Source of the DNA: Candidatus Cloacimonadales bacterium
GTDB taxonomy: Bacteria; Cloacimonadota; Cloacimonadia; Cloacimonadales; DAONDQ01
Length of the DNA stretch: 64,000 nucleotides
NCBI GenBank assembly: GCA_963662275.1
Contig: OY759316.1
Coordinates: 3,264,001 to 3,328,000, forward strand
Reading direction: 5' to 3'
In this document: piece after piece, positions 56,893 to 64,000 of the stretch
How positions within the stretch are numbered: the stretch's first letter is position 1
Layout: each line of letters opens with the position of its first letter
Position numbers and translations under genes: made by a program
The notes under the pieces: model-generated
What the model was told of the DNA's origin: nothing
Databases searched by the model: none
The model's input: only the letters and a program-made list of their open reading frames with translations

Positions 56893-58230
56893 AGAATCCT
56901 TCTCCAAATCCTCTTCTTGAAAATTTTTCCCTAAATAGCGCTGCCAATCAGCTTGTGAATTCTCTTTTTCATCATTTTTAGCATAGATCATTTTATAATT
57001 ACCATTCATTTGTATATCAATAAAAACATAGCTTCTGCCACTTTTTGTGTACTTCCAAATCTGATAATCCTTTTGTACAAACTTTGTATCATCGGAAGTT
57101 ACCCGTTTACTGATATCATCAGGCACACCCATTCGGATATAAATCCTACCCATGTCAGATTCCCAACCCGGTTTGAAATGTGAGTAAAATTTATTTGCAT
57201 AACTGATTCGATTCTTAATCAATGTCGTCCATTGCAGGACAGGCTGATTTTCTTCCGCTGCAAGAGAAATCCATAATTGAGTTGTCATGCGTTTTTTCCC
57301 ATCATTCGAAAGTACATCCAGGGAGGATAGTTTCGATTTTGGATAAAAATACTTCAGTAATGAAATCTCCTCTGCTATCTTCGGTAAGATACTGATAAAA
57401 TCTTCTTTTATTTCTCCCAGGGAGAAGAAAGTAGTAACGGTATCCGGTTTTGATCCTGATTTCCTAATGATCTTTAAATCCAGTAAACCATAAGGAAGAT
57501 CTTTCAAAGAAATACATGTTTGTATATTTGTTAAGGAGGATGTTGATTGGGTACTCGTTTCCCATGAACGAAGAATAGTTTTATCCTTGAGTAACCGATA
57601 TTCCATTTCGAAAGAAATACTGCCACCAGTTCCATTGGTAGGTCCAAACATTTGATAATAGATATACATACTATCCTGTAAGGCTGGATAAAAAACATGG
57701 GAAGGTTCAACCAAATATATTTTGTTATTTCTTCGGAATTTCTCCATATATCTTGTGGTATCTGCAGTGGCAATAGATTTGCTTAATTCAATATCACTGA
57801 GAGACCTATCAACTGGTAATTCGATAAGATCCTTGACCCAGGTTTTCGAATTAGTAGACTTCGGATCTGTAAATGTAATCCTGATTTTGTAACTCTTACC
57901 ACTCAAAACCAGGCTAATCTTATCCATAAAGGATTTTTGTTCTGACTCTGCATCATTCTGACTCGAGACCCCGATTTTATTGGTGAATTCCTTTTGAGTA
58001 ATGACGGAATCACTTTTTAGAATTTCGATTTTTACAGTTAGATCAGCAAAATAACCTTTTTGAAATCCGACAAAACTCAAATTGTTGTATTTGACTTGGT
58101 AGTTAATCTCAAATTTGGTTTGATGTTTCTCATTAAAGAAGCGATTCATATCGATGTTCACAGGTAAATTAGCTGCCCAACACGCGAAAAAGGTAAAAGT
58201 GAATAGTAGTGTTGCTAATATTTTATTCAT
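56875..58230 (-). CDS. GWxTD-domain exported protein
   Basis: Signal peptide; RISYANKFY...GWESDMGRIYIRMGVPD; YVFID. Confidence 0.85.
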   Translation of the reverse strand: MNKILATLLFTFTFFACWAANLPVNIDMNRFFNEKHQTKFEINYQVKYNNLSFVGFQKGYFADLTVKIEILKSDSVITQKEFTNKIGVSSQNDAESEQKSFMDKISLVLSGKSYKIRITFTDPKSTNSKTWVKDLIELPVDRSLSDIELSKSIATADTTRYMEKFRRNNKIYLVEPSHVFYPALQDSMYIYYQMFGPTNGTGGSISFEMEYRLLKDKTILRSWETSTQSTSSLTNIQTCISLKDLPYGLLDLKIIRKSGSKPDTVTTFFSLGEIKEDFISILPKIAEEISLLKYFYPKSKLSSLDVLSNDGKKRMTTQLWISLAAEENQPVLQWTTLIKNRISYANKFYSHFKPGWESDMGRIYIRMGVPDDISKRVTSDDTKFVQKDYQIWKYTKSGRSYVFIDIQMNGNYKMIYAKNDEKENSQADWQRYLGKNFQEEDLEKDSSYPTE

Positions 58231-59344
58231 CGGATACCGATCCTAGTTGGTAATTCCCCCAACTGTTAAAATCATAAAATTGGAAGATTTTGTTTTCAGA
58301 ATAATAGTACCATATAATGTATGGTGGTCTATCCAAGGGATATGGATCAGATACCACTTCATCAGGAGTACCGTATTTAATAAAAATTCTACCTCTGTCA
58401 GATTTCCAACCTGGTCGATAGTTGCGAATCGAATAATTCCGATCCGCCTCTAATACTCGGGCTTCAAAGGTATCTCTGAATTCATTGCGGTTCGTACCAG
58501 GAGTGGGATCCTTCATCTTCCAGAAATCTTCGATTGCCTGTTTATCTTTTTCATGTTTGATTGACCTGAAATATTGTAGTTCATTTTGATTCATAATATA
58601 TTTCAATTGCAGCACCTGATCCTCAATCGAATAGCGTTCGCTGAAACCGCTTGTGGAATTAAACGAAAGTACTTCTTTCGTATATTTCACTTTTTGTGCA
58701 AAGACCTGCAATTTTATTACAGGATGTTCCAAACCGGCAAGAATTGATTTCATATCTACATGGATAACTTGTCCAGCAGAAATATTAATTATTTTAATTT
58801 TATCCTCTTCTGCTATGGAGATCTTGACACTATCCGGTATGATTCCCAGGTTCGTCTGTAAAAGCAATGAATCAACTTTTGAAGACAGATTATCAAGCTC
58901 ATGAACTAAAAAATAGTTATTCCCCATTTTACCAATTAAAAATAAAGTTCCAATTTTTTTCCCATTACTTGGAATTATCAATGGAAATTTCTGCTCATTT
59001 TTATCACCTAGATCAAGGTTATTTACCTGCATGTATAACATATAATTCCCGGGAGGAAGCTTGATATTGCGAAAAATAGGATAGTCTTCTGTATCCATGG
59101 AATCAGGTTTTGTAAATTTTAACGGCTCAAATTCATGGTAAACATTTTTTTTATTCGTATCTAATATATCCACTTTCAATTCATAGTCACAAATTCTGGT
59201 TTGAAGATTAGGATGAAATCCGGAATACGGGAGAAGTAGTAATAGTATTGTAGTATCGCCAACTTTTTCAGATCTTAATTGCTGACCGATGAGAAACGTT
59301 TGGAGACTTATTAGGAGAATAACTAATCCTATGATTTTATACAT
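58223..59344 (-). CDS. GWxTD-domain exported protein
   Basis: FWKMKDPTPGT.RNE, GWKSDRGRIFIKYGTPD, IWYY. Confidence 0.88.
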   Translation of the reverse strand: MYKIIGLVILLISLQTFLIGQQLRSEKVGDTTILLLLLPYSGFHPNLQTRICDYELKVDILDTNKKNVYHEFEPLKFTKPDSMDTEDYPIFRNIKLPPGNYMLYMQVNNLDLGDKNEQKFPLIIPSNGKKIGTLFLIGKMGNNYFLVHELDNLSSKVDSLLLQTNLGIIPDSVKISIAEEDKIKIINISAGQVIHVDMKSILAGLEHPVIKLQVFAQKVKYTKEVLSFNSTSGFSERYSIEDQVLQLKYIMNQNELQYFRSIKHEKDKQAIEDFWKMKDPTPGTNRNEFRDTFEARVLEADRNYSIRNYRPGWKSDRGRIFIKYGTPDEVVSDPYPLDRPPYIIWYYYSENKIFQFYDFNSWGNYQLGSVSDE

Positions 59345-62300
59345 AATTTATCGTCTTTACAAAGACCTTGAACCCTTTCCCTTGTAATGCACTGATTAAT
59401 TTTACATCAGGATAGATCTTCAGCGTGTTTGAATGAAGAACCATCTGTTTAAAACGTTCTGATTTAATCATAAATGATACATGGAATTGTCCTTTTTCTC
59501 CCTCGGACATCTTCCTTACTTCATGTGCCAAATCTATGTTTGCATCTTTTTCATCCAACTGGATGAACACATCTCCAGTCAGGTGATTACGTAATTCAGA
59601 AATCGGAAACAGCATTTTTGGAACGATCCGCAACAAACTCTCATCCCCATTTGAATAGGCAGATTTCTTGCCGAATATGAATAAAAATTTTCCTGTTTCT
59701 ATCTTATCAATGAACTGATGATAATCCTTATCAAATAAGGTTAGCTCGAATCTACCTTCCATATCTTCACAAATGACAAATGCCATCATCTTCCCGTTTT
59801 TATTTTTTTTCTTCCTAATTTCCGTCACAATACCAACTAACCGGAGATCACTTTGTATCTGTTCCTGTTCTGGTGAAGTCTGACTATTCGCATTAGAGAA
59901 TAGATCCAACACCGGTTTGTATTCAAATAAAGGATGACCGGAAACATAGAATCCCAAGACACTTTTTTCCATTTCCAGTTTTTTATTAAAGTTCCAATCA
60001 ATCGCTTCCGGTAATTTTGGGAAATATGTATTCTCTTCCTGTGTGTCATCCAAGATATCAAAGAGAGTCATCTGCCCTCGTTTCTTTTCTCGATGATGGC
60101 TGGCTGCAAATTCAATGACAGATTCTACTGCTTCCCACTTTTGTGCTCGTGTACCTTCCAGATTATCCATGGCTCCTGCTGCGGTTAAGCTTTCGAGTAC
60201 AGTTTTGTTCACTGCCATGGGATCAACCCTGCTGCAAAGATCATAAATACTTTTGTAGGTACCGTTTTTATCTCTTTCTTCAATTAAAGCTTGAATGGCA
60301 GCATCACCCACATTCTTCACACCTCGCAAACCAAATAGTATGGAATCACCATGCACGGCAAAAACATCATGGCTTTGATTAATATCCGGGGGTATGACCT
60401 TGATACCCATTGCCATGCATTCTTCCATGAAATATGGTATCTTTACGGGATCATCTTCCAAGGATAGGAGAGCAGCCATGAATTCAACAGGATAGTGTGA
60501 TTTCAGAAAAGCTGTCTGGAATGCCACTAAAGCATAACAGGCTGCATGACTTTTATTAAATGCATATTCTGCAAATTTTTTCATTTCCTCCCAGATTTTA
60601 TCAGAGATCTGGTAAGCAACACCATTTTTGAAGGCATTCTCTTTGAATGTCTTTTCGTATTTTTCCATCATAGACAGTTTCTTCTTACCCATGGCTTTGC
60701 GAAGTGAATCTGCTTCTCCCCTGGTGAAATTACCCATCTCTCGGGAAATTTGCATCACCTGCTCCTGGTAAACAATCACTCCATATGTATCCCGCAATGC
60801 AGCTTCTGATAAAGGATGTGAATATTGAACTTCTTCCTCTCCGTGCTTTCTGCGGATATAATTGCTGATAAATTGCATTGGACCTGGACGATAAAGAGCA
60901 ACCATAGCAATCAGGTCATCAAACTGGTTGGGTTTCAATTCCATCAGGTTCTTTTTCATACCGGGAGATTCAAACTGGAAAATACCGTCAGTCTGACCTT
61001 TCGCTAACAACTCATAACTTGAGGCATCGGTTAGATCAAGATTTTCTATATCTATATTAATATCCTGGGATGATTTGACGATCTCAATAGTTCTTTGAAT
61101 CAATGTCAGGGTTTTTAAGCCCAGGAAATCTATTTTTAGAAGCTTCAGATCTTCCAGGCATCGTCCTTCATATTGGGTGACGGCTGAATTCTCCTGTCCC
61201 TTTTGGCTTGTACTTGCCAGGGGTACATAATCGCTGAGATCTCCGGGTCCAATCAGAACACCAGCAGCATGCACTCCAACCTGTCTGACTAAACCCTCCA
61301 AAACTAAACTATGCTTTAGGATTGTGGCATAGACGGCATTATTCTCCATTAACATGCGAAATTCAGGAGACTCTCTCAGACATTCTTTTAGAGTGATTTT
61401 GGGTTTACTGGGCATAATTTTCGTAATTAGATTTGAATCTACGGCAGATACACCCATGACACGCGCAACGTCCTTGATGACAGATTTCGCACCAAGAGTT
61501 CCGAAAGTAACGATTTGCGCTACACTGTCACGTCCATATTTTTCAATTACATAATCAATAACTCTTGATCTTCCCTGGGCACAAAAATCGATGTCTATAT
61601 CCGGCATACTGATACGATCCGGATTCAGAAAACGCTCAAAAAGCAGATCATATTTCAAAGGATTGATGCGGGTAATATCCAATAAATAGGAAACGATACT
61701 ACCTGCAGCAGAACCTCTACCAGGACCTACAGGAATATCCATAGCTCGCGCGGCATCAATAAAATCCTTTACCACAAGAAAATAACGTTCAAAACCAGTA
61801 CCTTTGATCACTCCCAGTTCATAATCGATCCGTTCTTGAATCTCGTCTGTTATTTCTCCATATTTTTGAGGAACGGCACTTAAACAGAGATTCCTAAGAT
61901 ATTCAGTATAATTGGTATCACCGTCAGGTAAATCGAAACGTGGTAACAAAAATTCATCATAATCTAATACTAAATCTATTTGATTCGCGATCTTCTGCGT
62001 ATTCTCGTAGGCTTCATCCAATTCAGGAAACAACAGGCGCATCTCCTGTTCGTTCTTAAAATATAACTCATTGGTATTGTAATGCATCCGATTCGTATCT
62101 TCCAGCGTTTTACCTGTTTGAATGCAGAGCAGGATATCATGAGCTTCAGCATCTTCTTCCAGGAGATAATGGCAATCATTTGTCACGACCATTGGAGTAT
62201 CAGTGTCCTGCGCTAATTTAATCAGCTTGGGTATGATCAGTTTTTCATCTGGTAGATTATGGTCTTGCAATTCGATATAAAATCTGCCGGGGAATGTTTC

Positions 62301-62783
62301 CTTGTAGAACTTTAGAGCTTCCTCAGCTCCTTTTTCATTATCATTCAGTAATAGATTGGGAATTTCTCCCTGCAAACAAGCAGATAAGCAAATCAGACCT
62401 TCATTGTATTGTTTTAAAAGGGATTTACTGATCCTGGGTTTGTAGTAGAAACCATCCATAAAGGATTTGGAAGTCAGTTTCATGAGGTTTTTATAACCTT
62501 TCAGGTTTTGAGCAAGCAGGACAAGATGATAGCGATGATCAGGACGGGATTCAATCTGATCAATCTCGCCATTGATTAAATAGGTTTCAATACCAATAAT
62601 GGGCTTGAGTTCCAGTTTCTTGGCTGCATTGTAAAACTCGATTGCCCCGAACATATTTCCATGATCGGTAATGGCAACGGCATTCATTCCGAACTCTACC
62701 GCAAGATGCAACATTTTATCAATACGGCAGGCACCGTCAAGAAGACTGAATTGAGTATGATTGTGTAGATGAACAAACGCCAT
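59337..62783 (-). CDS. dnaE: DNA polymerase III alpha subunit
   Basis: FVHLHNHTQFSLLDGA, GPGRGSAAGS, MPDIDIDF, ALYRPGP, YAFNKSHA. Confidence 0.98.
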   Translation of the reverse strand: MAFVHLHNHTQFSLLDGACRIDKMLHLAVEFGMNAVAITDHGNMFGAIEFYNAAKKLELKPIIGIETYLINGEIDQIESRPDHRYHLVLLAQNLKGYKNLMKLTSKSFMDGFYYKPRISKSLLKQYNEGLICLSACLQGEIPNLLLNDNEKGAEEALKFYKETFPGRFYIELQDHNLPDEKLIIPKLIKLAQDTDTPMVVTNDCHYLLEEDAEAHDILLCIQTGKTLEDTNRMHYNTNELYFKNEQEMRLLFPELDEAYENTQKIANQIDLVLDYDEFLLPRFDLPDGDTNYTEYLRNLCLSAVPQKYGEITDEIQERIDYELGVIKGTGFERYFLVVKDFIDAARAMDIPVGPGRGSAAGSIVSYLLDITRINPLKYDLLFERFLNPDRISMPDIDIDFCAQGRSRVIDYVIEKYGRDSVAQIVTFGTLGAKSVIKDVARVMGVSAVDSNLITKIMPSKPKITLKECLRESPEFRMLMENNAVYATILKHSLVLEGLVRQVGVHAAGVLIGPGDLSDYVPLASTSQKGQENSAVTQYEGRCLEDLKLLKIDFLGLKTLTLIQRTIEIVKSSQDINIDIENLDLTDASSYELLAKGQTDGIFQFESPGMKKNLMELKPNQFDDLIAMVALYRPGPMQFISNYIRRKHGEEEVQYSHPLSEAALRDTYGVIVYQEQVMQISREMGNFTRGEADSLRKAMGKKKLSMMEKYEKTFKENAFKNGVAYQISDKIWEEMKKFAEYAFNKSHAACYALVAFQTAFLKSHYPVEFMAALLSLEDDPVKIPYFMEECMAMGIKVIPPDINQSHDVFAVHGDSILFGLRGVKNVGDAAIQALIEERDKNGTYKSIYDLCSRVDPMAVNKTVLESLTAAGAMDNLEGTRAQKWEAVESVIEFAASHHREKKRGQMTLFDILDDTQEENTYFPKLPEAIDWNFNKKLEMEKSVLGFYVSGHPLFEYKPVLDLFSNANSQTSPEQEQIQSDLRLVGIVTEIRKKKNKNGKMMAFVICEDMEGRFELTLFDKDYHQFIDKIETGKFLFIFGKKSAYSNGDESLLRIVPKMLFPISELRNHLTGDVFIQLDEKDANIDLAHEVRKMSEGEKGQFHVSFMIKSERFKQMVLHSNTLKIYPDVKLISALQGKGFKVFVKTINYV

Positions 62784-62977
62784 TTATTTTACTTCCTCTT
62801 CGAATTTCCAATGGTTATTATTACGAAAGAGGATAAATCTGTCAAAGGATTTACTAAATATTTATTCAAAACCATAACCGCATTATTTTCAATAAGATAT
62901 GACCGTCAATCATTTCGCTTGCATATTTTTATTTGTTCTTATAATTTGTTCTTATATAAGAAATAAAGGAAGTTACT

Positions 62978-63322
62978 ATGAGCAACGATTTTTCTTGGTT
63001 CGACTCCGTTTCTGCTGCCATGACTGTCTGTGATCTCGAGGGTATCATCATCGCTATGAATGAAAAAGCCAGCATCTCCTTTGCCAAAGATGGCGGGAAA
63101 GATTTGATCGGTAAAAGCCTCCTGGATTGTCATAATCCTCATTCTCAGAAGATGATCAAAGAAATGATGACTACCGGAAATGTGAACGCTTATACGATTG
63201 AGAAAAAAGGGATTAAAAAGCTGATTTACCAGGCTCCCTGGTACAAGGATGGAACTATCGCTGGTCTTGTGGAAATATCCATGGAAATACCCGCTGAAAT
63301 GCCCCATTTTGTCAGATCGTAG
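62978..63322 (+). CDS. Stand-alone PAS-domain protein
   Basis: TVCDLEG.I..MN, LIGKSLLDCH, NAYTIEKKG.KKLIYQAPWY; AAGGA RBS. Confidence 0.82.
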   Translation: MSNDFSWFDSVSAAMTVCDLEGIIIAMNEKASISFAKDGGKDLIGKSLLDCHNPHSQKMIKEMMTTGNVNAYTIEKKGIKKLIYQAPWYKDGTIAGLVEISMEIPAEMPHFVRS

Positions 63323-63420
63323 AGACGACCTATAAGGGCGACTCTATTTGAAAAAGGAGGAGAATCAGGCGTGCAAGGTGCATGCCTCTATTATTCATAT
63401 CTGTCTTTAATTCCACGTAA

Positions 63421-63540
63421 TTTATACCAAGTTCAATCAAAGTTCAATCCTGTTTCATACCAATCCCTTTCCAATTTCTCGAAACAGGAATGAAACAGGA
63501 ATGAAACTGGTATGAAACAGGATTGAAACTGGTATAATCC
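63421..63540. repeat. 11-bp-period fold-back array; inverted copy of 5862-5970
   Basis: GAAAC at 63481, 63492, 63503, 63514 and 63525. Confidence 0.85.
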
Positions 63541-63645
63541 TTGAGGAATGAAGCCTTATCAATAGATAGGTTTTAAATCTGATTATCTTGTTACATTTAC
63601 CAAAGATAAGGAGTTTGCTCCCTACGAACTCACTGGAAAGCCGGC

Positions 63646-64000
63646 TTATTGCACTGTGAAGGTATATTCATGAGATTCAGAACCGATGTTCATATTCAAT
63701 CCTGAGTCCCAATCAAAGGCATCCACACGCCACTTGAACGTTTGATTTGTAAATAACTGACCAGTATAGTAGATATTGTAAGTATTCTCACTCACGCTCA
63801 GGATATCTGATGACCAAAGCAATTCATGTGATTCATCAAAGAGTAATACCCGATACTTCATTGAGGTTCCACTTGTATCAAATTCAAATGAAAGACCATT
63901 CATTGATTCCAGCGTGGCATTGTTTTGAGGAGAATGGAGCATCTGCTTATCCAAGAGTCGATAGGATACAGTATCTGAAGTAGTACTGTTCCCCATCTGA
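63646..64000 (-). CDS. 3' end of a hypothetical beta-rich protein, probably truncated by the window edge
   Basis: Open frame running to the edge; SPQNNA, YRVLLFD, FKWRVDAF. Confidence 0.6.
   Translation of the reverse strand, partial: QMGNSTTSDTVSYRLLDKQMLHSPQNNATLESMNGLSFEFDTSGTSMKYRVLLFDESHELLWSSDILSVSENTYNIYYTGQLFTNQTFKWRVDAFDWDSGLNMNIGSESHEYTFTVQ

Noticed and set aside
59337..62783. Intein or split in DnaE
   Set aside because: Length (1148 aa) and motif spacing look normal; no intein or LAGLIDADG motifs seen.
534..63307. Numerous 60-200-aa ORFs antisense to, or nested in, long genes (e.g. 534-953, 33597-34196, 46427-46918, 62939-63307)
   Set aside because: Shadow frames of well-supported genes, with no RBS or family motifs.

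Overview
An AT-rich bacterial chromosomal window with almost all genes on the minus strand. The many secreted proteins ending in an 'NYPNPFNP...IYNxxGQxVx...WDG...SGxYxYR' FlgD-Ig/Por-type tail, plus the Bat operon and GWxTD proteins, suggest the FCB group, probably Ca. Cloacimonadota (inference). Housekeeping blocks: infC-rpmI-rplT-pheS; der-plsY-purF-rfaE1/E2-rseC-folB-folK/glmU-HIT-rsfS-argS-moxR-bat; priA; dnaE. Two accessory zones (about 2.9-15.5 kb and 34.5-41.4 kb) hold secreted surface proteins separated by a dense mosaic of palindromic and tandem repeats. Best candidates for new biology: (1) an eight-gene envelope operon (YjbH-like outer-membrane protein, two large TPR proteins, a GltF-like small protein, ExbB, two ExbD, GltG/TonB-like protein) resembling the myxobacterial Agl-Glt core; (2) a two-gene unit pairing an FGE/CLec protein with a DGR-variable-region-like 3' end and a small CTD protein sharing its N-terminal motif; (3) four fold-back arrays of 11-bp period; (4) a FolK-GlmU fusion that keeps an internal RBS; (5) an L20-leader-like attenuator. 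No rRNA, tRNA, transposase, reverse transcriptase or true CRISPR array was recognised. All family assignments are by eye; no searches were run.
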